The position numbers and the translations under genes were made by a program. The notes below the pieces were generated by a model. It saw nothing but the letters and a program-made list of their open reading frames with translations, did not search any database and had not been told where the DNA came from. A stretch of DNA of 64,000 nucleotides from an uncultured delta proteobacterium. GTDB taxonomy: Bacteria > Myxococcota > Myxococcia > Myxococcales > Anaeromyxobacteraceae. Of this stretch, positions 31,784 through 41,828 are shown piece by piece (position 1 is the stretch's first letter; each line of letters starts with the position of its first letter). The DNA is taken from assembly GCA_963814585.1 (NCBI GenBank), contig CAWFDF010000012.1, forward strand, positions 448,001 to 512,000. Direction: 5' to 3'.

Positions 31784-32038
31784 GGGCCATCCTTTGCCAA
31801 GGTGGAGGTGGGCGGCAAGGAGAAAGTCGACCGGCGGTGACGGCCCTGGCGAAGGCCGGGGCCAGCATTCGACCGCGGGTCGACGCCGCACCGCGCCGTC
31901 CGACGCCAGCGAGGCGTTTGGTCGCAGGGGCCTCACCGCGCCCGGCGGCCACGCGCCGGGCTGGATCGCCGGCAGGATCGGTGCCACGATCCCGCGCCTC
32001 GCCGGCTCCACGGCGGGCAAGGAACGGTCCGGACGGCG

Positions 32039-33259
32039 ATGGCTTCACACGACGTGGTGGTGGTCGGCGGCGGCATCAGCGGCCTGTCGCTGGCGTGGAA
32101 GGCGGCCCAGGACGGCCAGCGGGTGCTGGTGCTGGAGCGGTCGGCCCGCCTCGGCGGCTGCCTCCACTCCGAGCGGACCGCCGACGGCTACTGGTTCGAG
32201 CTGGGCGCCCACACCACCTACAACTCCTACGGCGGCTTCCTCGACGTGGCGGTGGGCACCGGCCTGGCCGGGCGGGTGCGCGAGCGGGGACCGGCCCGCG
32301 CCCGCATGGGCCTCCTCTCCCACGGCGAGTACCGCTGGTTGACCCCGCCCCGGGTGCTCCTCCAGCTCAACTGGCTGGAGGCGGCGATCCACCTGCCGGC
32401 GGGGCTGCTCTCCTCCAGGGAGGGGCAGACCATCTACTCCCGCTTCTCCCGGCTGCTGGGGCGAGGCAACTACGACCGGGTGCTCGGGCCGTTCCTCTCG
32501 GCGGTGCCCTCGCAGCGGGCCGACGGCTTCCCGCTGTCCGGCCCGGGGTCGCTCTTCAAGAAGCGGCCGCGGCGCCAGGACTTCGTGAGGTCGTTCGGCT
32601 TCGAGGGCGGCCTGCAGGTGGTGGCCGACGCCGCGGCCCGGGCCACCGGCGTGACCGTGGAGGCCGGCGTCGGCGTCGACGCGGTGGCCAGGCGCGGGGA
32701 CGGGTTCGCGGTCACCACCTCCGACGGCCGCACCCTGGAGGCGCCGCTGCTGGCGCTGGCGGTCCCCCCCGACGCCGCGGCGGCGCTGCTGCTCCCCCGG
32801 TTCGGCGAGCTGGCCTCGCAGCTCAGCCGCATCGGGACCGCCTCGGTGGAGAGCCTGGGCGTGGTGCTGCCCCGGGAGAAGGCCTGGATGCCCGAGTGCG
32901 CCTTCCTGGTGCCGGTGGACGACCTCTTCTTCTCCTGCGTGACCCGCGACCCGTTCCCGGACGCCAGCCGGCGCGCCTTCGCCTTCCACTTCCGGCCCGG
33001 GCTGACGCGGGCCGAGCGCCTCTCTCGGGTGCTCGAGGTGCTGAAGGTGACCGAGGCCGACCTGCTCCACGTCGCCGAGCGCCGCTGCACGCTGCCCTCG
33101 CCGTCGCTGGGGCACGGGGCCATCGTCGCCGACCTCGACCACCACCTGGCCGGGGGCCGGCTCATGCTCACCGGCAACTACTTCGAGGGGCTGGCCATCG
33201 AGGACTGCGTGACCCGGTCGTTCGCCGAGTGGAAGCGGGTCACGGCGGCCGGGGCGTAG
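32039..33259 (+). CDS. FAD-dependent oxidoreductase, protoporphyrinogen oxidase (HemY)-like
   Basis: VVVGGGISGL, RLGG, FELGAHT, SFGFEGGLQ, TGNYFEGLAIEDCV. Confidence 0.75.
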   Translation: MASHDVVVVGGGISGLSLAWKAAQDGQRVLVLERSARLGGCLHSERTADGYWFELGAHTTYNSYGGFLDVAVGTGLAGRVRERGPARARMGLLSHGEYRWLTPPRVLLQLNWLEAAIHLPAGLLSSREGQTIYSRFSRLLGRGNYDRVLGPFLSAVPSQRADGFPLSGPGSLFKKRPRRQDFVRSFGFEGGLQVVADAAARATGVTVEAGVGVDAVARRGDGFAVTTSDGRTLEAPLLALAVPPDAAAALLLPRFGELASQLSRIGTASVESLGVVLPREKAWMPECAFLVPVDDLFFSCVTRDPFPDASRRAFAFHFRPGLTRAERLSRVLEVLKVTEADLLHVAERRCTLPSPSLGHGAIVADLDHHLAGGRLMLTGNYFEGLAIEDCVTRSFAEWKRVTAAGA

Positions 33260-33269
33260 CCGGCCCGGC

Positions 33270-34001
33270 TCAGTCGTCGTCGTGCTGGTGGCCCCGCTGC
33301 CTGTCCACCTTGGGCGGCTTCTCGGCCACCGGGATGGTGACGCCGCTGCCCGCCACGCGGACCACCTTGGCCGCCGGATCGTGACCGCGCAGCACCACCG
33401 CCGCCCAGCCGGCCACCAGGGCCACGAAGACCACCGCGGCCACCGGGTGCGAGGACGGGATGGCCTGCTCGGGCGGGCCGGCCCGCTGCCCGGTGATCAT
33501 GGAGAGGGCGATGTTCTCGCGGTGGCGCCAGGTGTGGAAGGCCAGCCCGGCCAGGTGGGCGATCACCGCGGCCAGCATCACCTTGCCGAGCACCTCGTGG
33601 AGATCCTCGAAGAGCTCGTTCTTGGGCTGGGAGAGGATGCCGGTGGTGACCAGCAGCACCGGCAGCAGCACCATCCCGTAGATGGCCCAGCTCGCGCCCG
33701 GGTTGTGGCCGGGGTAGGGCCGGTCGCGCCGGGCGAGGGCGTCCTTCAGGTAGCCGAGCAGCGCCGCCGGCGAGTAGAGGAAGTCGCCGAAGCGGGCGTG
33801 GCGCGAGCCGATCAGGCCCCAGACCAGCCGGAAGGCGATGGCGGCCATGAGGATGAGGCCGAGCAGCATGTGGATGGCGAAGGTGGGGCTTCGCTCGTCG
33901 GCCAGCTCGCCGATGGCGAAGGCGCCGGCGAAGAGCCCGGCCAGCGTCCAGTGGAAGAGCCGGGTGGGGAGGTCCCAGGTGCGGATGGAGCTGTTGGACA
34001 T
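33270..34001 (-). CDS. Cytochrome b (Ni/Fe-hydrogenase cyt b / b561-like) membrane protein
   Basis: WDLPTRLFHW, H-x2-LG, FRLVWG, GHNPG, LHE, AHLAG, MITG. Confidence 0.88.
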   Translation of the reverse strand: MSNSSIRTWDLPTRLFHWTLAGLFAGAFAIGELADERSPTFAIHMLLGLILMAAIAFRLVWGLIGSRHARFGDFLYSPAALLGYLKDALARRDRPYPGHNPGASWAIYGMVLLPVLLVTTGILSQPKNELFEDLHEVLGKVMLAAVIAHLAGLAFHTWRHRENIALSMITGQRAGPPEQAIPSSHPVAAVVFVALVAGWAAVVLRGHDPAAKVVRVAGSGVTIPVAEKPPKVDRQRGHQHDDD

Positions 34002-34143
34002 GACGTCGATGAGCCTCCTGGCCCGGCACGGCGGGCGGGCCTGGGACAGGGTAATCGAGATCGCGCCGTCCTGCCGTGCCCGGCGATCGGGCACGCGGCC
34101 CGGGGCCAGCTTGCGCCGCGCCGGTGCCCGGATCAGACTCCCG

Positions 34144-35748
34144 GTGGTGCGCCTTGCCCTCCCCTCCCTGGCCCTGGCCGGCCTGCTGGCCGCCTGCGAC
34201 GCCCGGCCTCCGCCGCCGGCCTGCGACCTGGCCGACTCCGCGCGCTGCCCCGACGGGGCGCGGCTGCGGGACTCGGTCGAGGCGCTGGCGTCGCCGGCGC
34301 TGCTGGGGCGACGGCCGGGGACGCCGGGGAACGACGAGGCGGCCCGGCTGGTGGAGCAGGCGTTCCTCTCGGCGGGGCTGCGGCCCGCGGCCGGGCTCAC
34401 CGGGCTCCGCCAGCCCTTCCAGGCCAGCCTCTGGAGCTGGACCGGGCCGCCGGCGCTGGAGCTGGGCGGCGAGGCCCGGGCCCTCGGCGCCGACTACCAG
34501 CTGCTCGACTGGACCGGGGCGGGCGACGTGGCCGGGCCGGTCTCCTTCGCCGGGTACGGCCTGGTCCTTCCCGCGTTCGACCCGGCGGACTTCCCGGACT
34601 GCCCGCTCCCCGGCGGCTGGGACGACTTCGGGCCCCTCGACCTGACCGGCCGCGTGGCGGTGGTGGTGAGCGGCCTGCCCGGCGGCGCGCCGCTGGTGAC
34701 GGGGGCCTGCCCGACCCGCGCCGACTGCGGCGGCCCGGGGCAGCCCTCCTGCCTCACGGCGGCCGACAAGGTGGCGCAGGCCCGCCGGCGTGGCGCCGCG
34801 GCGGTCCTGCTGGTCCCGCGCTCCACCGCGGTGCCCGGGCCCCGCCCGTTCGCCTCGGTCCAGTCCACCATCCCGGCGCTCTGGGTGAGCTTCCCGGCCC
34901 TGGCCTCGGCGCTCCCCGGACTGCCCGACTGGATCGCGGCGGTGGACGCCGGGGGCCCGGCCCCGGTGGCGACGGCGGTGGCCGCCCGCGTCGCCACCGC
35001 AGGCGCCCCGCGGGCCGCCACCGTCGTCAACGTCGTCGGCGTGGTCCCCGGCCTCGACCCGGTGCTCCGCGACGAGGTGGTGGTGGTCGGCGCCCACTTC
35101 GATCACCTCGGCCAGCTCCCCTTCCGGGCCGACCACTTCCCGGGCGCCGACGACAACGCCTCCGGGACGGCGGTGGTCATGGAGCTGGCGCGGCTGGTGG
35201 GGGCCAGCCACCTGGCGCCGGCCCGCACGCTGGTCTTCGCCGCCTGGAACGGGGAGGAGCTGGGGCTGCTCGGCTCACGCCACTGGGCCGGTGCGCCGCC
35301 CTATCCGCTCGCCGCCACCGTCGCCGCCTTCTCCATCGACATGGTGGGCGTCGGCCAGCCCGGGCTCCAGTTCGCCATCGCCTGGGAGCCTGGGAGCGAG
35401 CTGCTCGGGGTCGCCGCCGGCAGCGCCGCCGAGCTCGGGCTGGCCGACCCGCTCAGCTTCCTGGCCGAGCCGGTCTTCGGCTCCGACCACTACCACTTCA
35501 GCGCCGCGGGCGTCCCTGCCGCCTGGCTCTCGACGCCGACGCTGGCGCTGCACCCCGACTACCACACTCCTGGTGACACGCCCGACCGGATCCAGCCGGA
35601 GGTCATGGCCGCGGCGACCCGCCTGGCCTGGGCCGCCGTCCGTCCCTGGGCCCTCGGCCTGGAGGGACCGCTGCTCTCGCCGGCTGTCCGGCGTTCACGG
35701 TACGCGCCAGGTCCTCCCGTGGAGCCGGAGCGCCTTTCCGGACCGTGA
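34144..35748 (+). CDS. M28 family metallopeptidase lipoprotein with PA domain
   Basis: LLAAC lipobox; GAHFDHLG, GADDNASG, GEELGLLGS, DMVG, SDH, YHTPGD. Confidence 0.88.
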   Translation: MVRLALPSLALAGLLAACDARPPPPACDLADSARCPDGARLRDSVEALASPALLGRRPGTPGNDEAARLVEQAFLSAGLRPAAGLTGLRQPFQASLWSWTGPPALELGGEARALGADYQLLDWTGAGDVAGPVSFAGYGLVLPAFDPADFPDCPLPGGWDDFGPLDLTGRVAVVVSGLPGGAPLVTGACPTRADCGGPGQPSCLTAADKVAQARRRGAAAVLLVPRSTAVPGPRPFASVQSTIPALWVSFPALASALPGLPDWIAAVDAGGPAPVATAVAARVATAGAPRAATVVNVVGVVPGLDPVLRDEVVVVGAHFDHLGQLPFRADHFPGADDNASGTAVVMELARLVGASHLAPARTLVFAAWNGEELGLLGSRHWAGAPPYPLAATVAAFSIDMVGVGQPGLQFAIAWEPGSELLGVAAGSAAELGLADPLSFLAEPVFGSDHYHFSAAGVPAAWLSTPTLALHPDYHTPGDTPDRIQPEVMAAATRLAWAAVRPWALGLEGPLLSPAVRRSRYAPGPPVEPERLSGP

Positions 35749-35863
35749 ACGTTCGCTTATCGCCCGGTCACAGGACGATCCGTCACAAGCCACCGGGTGG
35801 CGACGCCTATAGTTCGACCGAGCTTCCGGCCACCGAAGCGCCTCGCCGCGACCTGGAGAACCC

Positions 35864-38188
35864 ATGACCCCGTCCGCCTGCCGATCGCTCTCCGCCTCGC
35901 TCCTCGCCGGCCTGCTGGCCCTGGCCGGCTGTGGAGGCGGGAGCCCGGCTCCGGCCCCCGGGGGCGGCGGTGGAGGAGGTGGTGGCGGCGGCGGTGGCGG
36001 CGTCACCGTCCCGCCGCCTCCCGCCGCCCTCGACAGCCTGGCGCGGGACGACGCCGCCAGCCTGGCCACCTACGCCGGCTCCGACCAGGGCCAGTTCAGC
36101 GTCATGGGGGTCCTGGCCAGGGCCGGCTTCGAGCTCATGAGCGCCGACGGCACCGTCGCGGTGGAGGGGGACCTGCCTCACCAGGGGGTGGCCTTCGAGA
36201 TGGGCGACCTGCCGATCCTGTCCAGGGCCATGGAGCAGGGGCCGCGAGTCACGCTGGACGACCTGCTGGCCAGCTGGTCGGCCTTCGTCCCCGCCCCGAC
36301 ACCGGCGGCGCTGGCCGAGCTCCAGGGCCGGCTGCGGGGCAAGCTGGTGGACGACCTGCTGATCTCGGCCGCCTCGACCGACCCGGTCCGGCGCTACTGG
36401 GCGCACCTCGTCGTGGCGCTGGGGCGCCAGGCCGCCGAGCCCCACGACCTGCTCGACCGGACCGTGCCGGGCACGGCCGGCCTCGACCCGCTGCAGGTGG
36501 CGCTGCTCACCTACCGCTTCCAGGCCGACCTCTGGATCGCCGGCCAGCGCGCCGGCAACCAGCTCCGTCTGGCCCCGACCGGCCCGGGCGCGCCGCTGGC
36601 CGCCGTGAGCGGCGCCACGCCGGGCCCGCGGCCGTGCACCATGAGCGACACCCAGCAGACGGTGATGGACGTGACCTCGCTGGCCTCCTCCAGCTTCTTC
36701 GGCGGGCTCATCGACGAGATCGGGAAGACCATCCCCGCCGCCGAGAAGTTCGGCAAGTTCACCGCCGGGGCCAACGCCGCGCTGACGGTCGTGAAGATGC
36801 TCTGGACCTTCATCGCCTTCGAGGGGAAGCTCGAGCTCGACGCCCCGCTGCTGGTGCGCACCAGGACCGCCACCGCCGGCGAGCCGCGGACCTTCACCGC
36901 CACCTTCAGGTACCACACCGGCGACGGACAGGTGATCAACTGCCTCCGGCCGGTCCTCAACGCCGCCGGCATCGACTTCAGCCTGCCCCAGGACGGCCCC
37001 ATCGCCGACGCCAAGGTGGACTGGGAGCTGTTCGGCACCAAGGCCCGGCAGACCGGCAAGCTCCCCATCGTGAAGTTCCAGGACGGCGAGGTCCAGCTCG
37101 GCGGCCGCACCGACGCCACCGGCCTGCGCCAGGTGCGGATCGAGGGGCAGGCGCAGTCCCCCGAGATCGCCGCCAACGCCATCCCGGACTACCGGGCCGT
37201 CTCGATGACGGCCAAGGTGGCGCTCAAGGACTCCAAGCTCTGGACCGACCTGGTGGACGCCGTCGGCGCGGCCATGGCCGGCAACCCGGCCTCGATGTTC
37301 CTCTCGGCCGTCTCCGAGACCCTGCTGCGGATGAACACGCCGCTCTTCGCCGCCTCCCGCGGCTTCACGGTCAAGGACTGGATCGACCCGGGGGGCGCGC
37401 TGATCCACGTCCAGGTCGCCGAGTCCCGCAACGGGACGGTCACGGCGGCCGGGGCCGGCAGCGAGACCCTGTCCCTGGACGTGGACATCTGGCGGAAGAT
37501 GAAGGGGACGCTCAAGCCGATCGACCTGGTGGTGCTCTCGACCATGCCGGGCGGGGGCGGCGCCACCCTGACCGAGAACTTCCGGATGGTCCTCGACTAC
37601 GCCGGCAACCACAACGTCGTCGAGCCCTGCGTGTGCGTCACCGGCGACTCCACCACCGTCGACGAGAACGCCTACCACCTGGGCGGGGCCGGGGACGGCG
37701 AGTCCAGCCTGTCGATCAGGGTGCAGCCGAGCGGGGCCTACGAGATCGACGTCCCCATCGGCACGATGAGCGGGACCTCCAAGGGGCTCTTCGCCACCTC
37801 GGGCTGCGAGGTCTCGCCGAGCTCGACCCCGCGCTCGGCCTTCCTCCTGGCCCACCTGCCCCAGGTCACCATCACCGGCCAGCTCGATCCGACCAAGTCC
37901 TCCGGCGACGTCCAGGGGTCGGTCACCCTGGCCACCTCGCTGAACGTCCCGGAGACCGTCGGGGGGCTCTACACGGGCGGGCTCTCGCAGCTCCCCATCT
38001 CCCCGGTGGTCACGGTGGACTACGCCTTCTCCTACACGCTGACCCGGCTCCCGTACCGGCTGGCGCCGGTCGAGCCTCCGCTCGCCTCGGCGGCGCCGCG
38101 CCTGGTGGTGCCCGCCAACGCCAGCTGGCAGGCGGCCCCGCGCCTGACGGCCCGGCAGCTGAGCTGCGGTCCCGGCGACGGGCCGTAG
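35864..38188 (+). CDS. Hypothetical lipoprotein (774 aa)
   Basis: GGAG RBS; LLALAGC lipobox; Gly-run linker; strong GC3 codon bias; no recognised domain. Confidence 0.8.
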   Translation: MTPSACRSLSASLLAGLLALAGCGGGSPAPAPGGGGGGGGGGGGGGVTVPPPPAALDSLARDDAASLATYAGSDQGQFSVMGVLARAGFELMSADGTVAVEGDLPHQGVAFEMGDLPILSRAMEQGPRVTLDDLLASWSAFVPAPTPAALAELQGRLRGKLVDDLLISAASTDPVRRYWAHLVVALGRQAAEPHDLLDRTVPGTAGLDPLQVALLTYRFQADLWIAGQRAGNQLRLAPTGPGAPLAAVSGATPGPRPCTMSDTQQTVMDVTSLASSSFFGGLIDEIGKTIPAAEKFGKFTAGANAALTVVKMLWTFIAFEGKLELDAPLLVRTRTATAGEPRTFTATFRYHTGDGQVINCLRPVLNAAGIDFSLPQDGPIADAKVDWELFGTKARQTGKLPIVKFQDGEVQLGGRTDATGLRQVRIEGQAQSPEIAANAIPDYRAVSMTAKVALKDSKLWTDLVDAVGAAMAGNPASMFLSAVSETLLRMNTPLFAASRGFTVKDWIDPGGALIHVQVAESRNGTVTAAGAGSETLSLDVDIWRKMKGTLKPIDLVVLSTMPGGGGATLTENFRMVLDYAGNHNVVEPCVCVTGDSTTVDENAYHLGGAGDGESSLSIRVQPSGAYEIDVPIGTMSGTSKGLFATSGCEVSPSSTPRSAFLLAHLPQVTITGQLDPTKSSGDVQGSVTLATSLNVPETVGGLYTGGLSQLPISPVVTVDYAFSYTLTRLPYRLAPVEPPLASAAPRLVVPANASWQAAPRLTARQLSCGPGDGP

Positions 38189-38195
38189 CCCGGCC

Positions 38196-38639
38196 TCAGG
38201 GAAGCCCCAGCACCCCGGCCAGCCGCGCCGCCAGCCTGCGCGGCGTCACCCCGGCGGCCGGGGCCACGAAGATGGTGTCGTCGCCGGCGATGGTGCCGAG
38301 CACCTCGGGCAGGCGGGCGTCGTCGATGGCGCGCGCCACCGCCGAGGCCGCCCCCACCGCGGTCCGGATCACCACCAGCGACGGGTTGGAGGAGAGCCCC
38401 AGCACCAGCCCGCGCAGCGCCGCGGCGCGCTCCGACGCCGCGCCGCCGTCCACCTCGTACCAGGCGCCGTCCGGCCGCGAGACGCGCCGGGCGCCGAGCC
38501 GGGTGAGGTCCCGGGACAGCGTGGCCTGCGTGGCCCGGAACCCCTCGCGGCGGAGCGCCGCCAGCAGCGCCGCCTGGGTGGCGATGCGCCGCCCGGTGAG
38601 GATGCGGGCCACCGCCTGCCGGCGCGCCTCGCTGTTCAT
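38196..38639 (-). CDS. argR: Arginine repressor
   Basis: TQATLSRDL and GTIAGDDTIF motifs. Confidence 0.93.
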   Translation of the reverse strand: MNSEARRQAVARILTGRRIATQAALLAALRREGFRATQATLSRDLTRLGARRVSRPDGAWYEVDGGAASERAAALRGLVLGLSSNPSLVVIRTAVGAASAVARAIDDARLPEVLGTIAGDDTIFVAPAAGVTPRRLAARLAGVLGLP

Positions 38640-38669
38640 GGCAGGGGTCCCGCCGGCGCGCCGGTCACG

Positions 38670-40784
38670 TCACGCTCCCAGTGCCGGGGCGCTGGTCACC
38701 AGCGTGCCCACGCCCCGGTCGGTGAAGAGCTCGGCGATGACGGTGTGGGGCTGCCGCCCGTCGAGGACGTGGACCCGCTCCACCCCGCCGGCCAGCGCCG
38801 CCTCGATGGCCTCCACCTTCCACTTCATCCCGCCGGTGATGGCGCCGGCCTCCACCCGCCGGCGCAGCTCGGCGCCGGTGATCTGGCGGATCAGCGCCCC
38901 GTCCGGCGCCGACTCCAGCACGCCGGGCACGTCGGTCAGGTAGATGAGCTTCCTGGCCCCCAGCGCCGCCGCCACCGCCGCCGCCACCTCGTCGGCGTTG
39001 ATGGAGAGGCCGGTGCCGTCCGGCGTGATGCCGATGGGCGAGATGACCGGCACGTAGCCGCCGTCGAGAAACATCTCCAGGAACTGCTTGTTGACCTCGA
39101 CGACGCGCCCCACGAAGCCGAGATCGACGCCGCTCTCCAGGCCGCGCTTCTCGGCCTTGAGCAGCGTGCCGTCCTTGCCGGAGAGGCCGACGGCGTTGGC
39201 GCTGCGGGCGTTGAGGAGCGAGACCAGCTCCTGGTTGACCTTGCCGGTGAGCACCATCTCCACCACCGGCAGGCTGGCGGCGTCGGTGACCCGCATGCCG
39301 TCGATGAACTCGGAGCGCTCCCCGAGCTTCTGCAGCGTGCGGGTGACCTCCAGCGCGCCGCCGTGGATCACCACCGGCTTCAACCCCACCTTCTTGAGCA
39401 GGGCGATGTCCTCGGCGAAGGCCACCTTGAGGCTGTCCTTCACCATGGCGGCGCCGCCGTACTTCACCACCGCGACCTGGCCGGCGAAGGCGCCGATGTA
39501 CTTGAGCGCCTCCACCAGCAGGGTGCGCTTGAAGGCCGGGGTGTAGCTGGCCACCTTCTCGTCCCTGGCCATCATGCCGTCCGGGGTCTGGACGATCATC
39601 GAGGTGTAGTCGGCGTTGATCTTCACGTAGTCGTAGGAGAGGTCGCAGCCCCAGGCGGTGGCCCGGGCCTCGCCGTCGGCCAGCTCCACCAGCACGTCGA
39701 CCCGCGGCTCGCGCAGCCGCAGCCGCAGCGACTCCGCGTCGAAGGCGGTCGGCGCCCCGCCGGTGAAGACCACCACTCCCTGCAGCGAGACCCTGGCCTT
39801 GTAGGGGTCGATGGCCCACCCCTGCGAGCCGGCCCGGCTCCCCACCGTGGCCAGCACCCGCCCCCAGTTGGGGTCGGCGCCGAAGAGCGAGGCTTTCACC
39901 AGGGGTGACTGGGCGATGGCGCGGGCCACGTCGCGGGCGGCCGCCTCGCCGGGGGCCCCGGCCACCACCACCTCGCAGAGCTTGGTGGCCCCCTCGCCGT
40001 CGGCCGCCATGGCCCGGGCCAGCTCGCCGAACAGGTCGGTGAGGGCGGCCTCGAAGAGGGCCAGCTCGGGCGAGGGCTCGACCAGGCGGGCGTTGCCGGC
40101 CAGGCCGTTGGCCAGCGCCAGCACGGTGTCGTTGGTGGACATCTCGCCGTCCACCGTCAGCATGTTGAAGGTCTGGTGGACGGCGCGGACCAGCACCTCC
40201 TGCAGCGTCCTCGGCGCGACGGCCGCGTCGGTGGCGACGAAGGCCAGCGTGGTGGCCAGCTGCGGCGCCAGCATGCCCGAGCCCTTGGCGATGCAGGCGA
40301 TGGTGGCGGTCTTGCCCCCCAGCACCAGCTCGCGCGAGGCCAGCTTGGGCCGGGTGTCGGTGGTCATGATGGCCTCGGCGGCGTGGTCGGCGTGGTCGCC
40401 GAGCAGCTCCACCAGGCCGGGCATGGCCGTCACCACCTTCATGGCCGGCAGCCGCACCCCGATGACGCCGGTGGAGGCGGTCAGCACCGCCCGCTTCTGC
40501 ACCCCCAGCAGGTCGGCCACCGCGCCGCGGATCACCGCCACGTCGTCGAGCCCGCCCGGCCCGGTCAGGGCGTTGGCGTTGCCGGAGTTGGCCACCACCG
40601 CCCGCATCCCCTCGGCCGGCACGCGGCCGCGGGCGTCGAGCACCGGCGCGGCGGCCGCCTTGTTGACCGTGAAGACGCCGGCGGCGGCGGCCGGGACGTC
40701 GGAGACGACGAGCGCGAGGTCGCGCCGGGCCGGCTTGAGCCCGCACGCCACGCCGCCGAAGCGGAAGCCACGAGGAATCTTCAT
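38670..40784 (-). CDS. argJ: ArgJ (ornithine acetyltransferase) fused to ArgB (acetylglutamate kinase)
   Basis: ArgJ: NSGNANA, STGVIG, MTTDT, KGSGM, STNDT, GCDLSYDYVKINADY. ArgB in the same frame: KYGGAAM, IHGG, GMRVTD, INADE, LTDVPG, GGMKWK, ELFTDRGVGT. Confidence 0.93.
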   Translation of the reverse strand: MKIPRGFRFGGVACGLKPARRDLALVVSDVPAAAAGVFTVNKAAAAPVLDARGRVPAEGMRAVVANSGNANALTGPGGLDDVAVIRGAVADLLGVQKRAVLTASTGVIGVRLPAMKVVTAMPGLVELLGDHADHAAEAIMTTDTRPKLASRELVLGGKTATIACIAKGSGMLAPQLATTLAFVATDAAVAPRTLQEVLVRAVHQTFNMLTVDGEMSTNDTVLALANGLAGNARLVEPSPELALFEAALTDLFGELARAMAADGEGATKLCEVVVAGAPGEAAARDVARAIAQSPLVKASLFGADPNWGRVLATVGSRAGSQGWAIDPYKARVSLQGVVVFTGGAPTAFDAESLRLRLREPRVDVLVELADGEARATAWGCDLSYDYVKINADYTSMIVQTPDGMMARDEKVASYTPAFKRTLLVEALKYIGAFAGQVAVVKYGGAAMVKDSLKVAFAEDIALLKKVGLKPVVIHGGALEVTRTLQKLGERSEFIDGMRVTDAASLPVVEMVLTGKVNQELVSLLNARSANAVGLSGKDGTLLKAEKRGLESGVDLGFVGRVVEVNKQFLEMFLDGGYVPVISPIGITPDGTGLSINADEVAAAVAAALGARKLIYLTDVPGVLESAPDGALIRQITGAELRRRVEAGAITGGMKWKVEAIEAALAGGVERVHVLDGRQPHTVIAELFTDRGVGTLVTSAPALGA

Positions 40785-40791
40785 GGCGAGC

Positions 40792-41826
40792 TCAGCCCCC
40801 CAGCAGGTCGAGGCCGGTGGCCTCGGGCCAGCCCAGCGCGGCGTTCATGGCCTGGACCGCCTGCCCGGCCGCTCCCTTGACCAGGTTGTCGATGGCCGAG
40901 ACCGCCACCGCCACCCCGGCCCGGGCGTCGAGCGCCACGCCGACGTGGCAGCGGTTGGTCCGGGCCACGTCCTTCACCTTCACCTGGTCGGCCGGCAGGA
41001 CCCTCACGAAGGGCTCGCCGGCGTAGGCGGCGGCCAGGGCCCCGGACAGCTCCTCGGCGCCGGCCTTGCCGGCGAGCCGGAGCACGCAGGAGGCGAGGAT
41101 GCCGCGCCGGATGGGGACGAGCACCGGCGTGAAGGAGAGGCCGCCGCAGGCGCCGGCGTAGCGGGCCACGGTCTGCTCGATCTCGGGGACGTGCTGGTGC
41201 CTGCCGATCCGGTAGGCGCGCAGGTCCTCGTCCACCTCGCAGAAGCTGTAGTCCTCGCTGGCCTTGCGGCCGGCGCCGCTGACGCCGGAGAGGCCGGTGA
41301 CGGCGATCCCGGTGGAGGCGCAGAGGCCGCTCCTCACCAGCGGGGCCACGGCCAGCGCGATGGCGGTGGCGTAGCAGCCCGGGTTGGTGACCAGCCGGGC
41401 GCCGGCCAGCGCCCCGCGCGCCAGCTCGGGCAGGCCGTAGCGGGCCTCGGCGAGCAGGGCCGGGTGCTGGTGGGCGAAGCCGTACCACCCCGGGTAGGCG
41501 GCGGCGTCGGCGAGCCGGAAGGCGCCGGAGAGATCGACGACGCGCAGGCCGCGGGCCAGCAGCCGGGGCGCCAGGTCGTGCGAGACCTCGGCGGGGGTGG
41601 CCAGGAAGGCCACCTCGGCGTCGACGGCCTCGCTCTCGGCGAGCGGCCGGTACGCCAGCCCCGCCACCTCGGCCGGGAGCGGCAGGCGGGCCCCGGCGGT
41701 CTCGCCGGACCAGCGGTCCGAGGTGAGCGCGGTGAGCCGCACCCGGGGGTGGCGCGCCAGGATCCTGGTGAGCTCGAGCCCGGAGTAGCCGGAGGCGCCG
41801 ACGACGGCGACGGGGACCGTTTGCAT
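40792..41826 (-). CDS. argC: N-acetyl-gamma-glutamyl-phosphate reductase
   Basis: VGASGYSG, DLSGAFR, NPGCY, SGVSGAG, HQHVPEI, IDNLVKGAAGQA. Confidence 0.96.
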   Translation of the reverse strand: MQTVPVAVVGASGYSGLELTRILARHPRVRLTALTSDRWSGETAGARLPLPAEVAGLAYRPLAESEAVDAEVAFLATPAEVSHDLAPRLLARGLRVVDLSGAFRLADAAAYPGWYGFAHQHPALLAEARYGLPELARGALAGARLVTNPGCYATAIALAVAPLVRSGLCASTGIAVTGLSGVSGAGRKASEDYSFCEVDEDLRAYRIGRHQHVPEIEQTVARYAGACGGLSFTPVLVPIRRGILASCVLRLAGKAGAEELSGALAAAYAGEPFVRVLPADQVKVKDVARTNRCHVGVALDARAGVAVAVSAIDNLVKGAAGQAVQAMNAALGWPEATGLDLLGG

Positions 41827-41828
41827 GA

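Noticed and set aside
32039..34001. HemY-like oxidase and cytochrome b as a functional pair
   Set aside because: They are convergently transcribed and nothing beyond adjacency links them.
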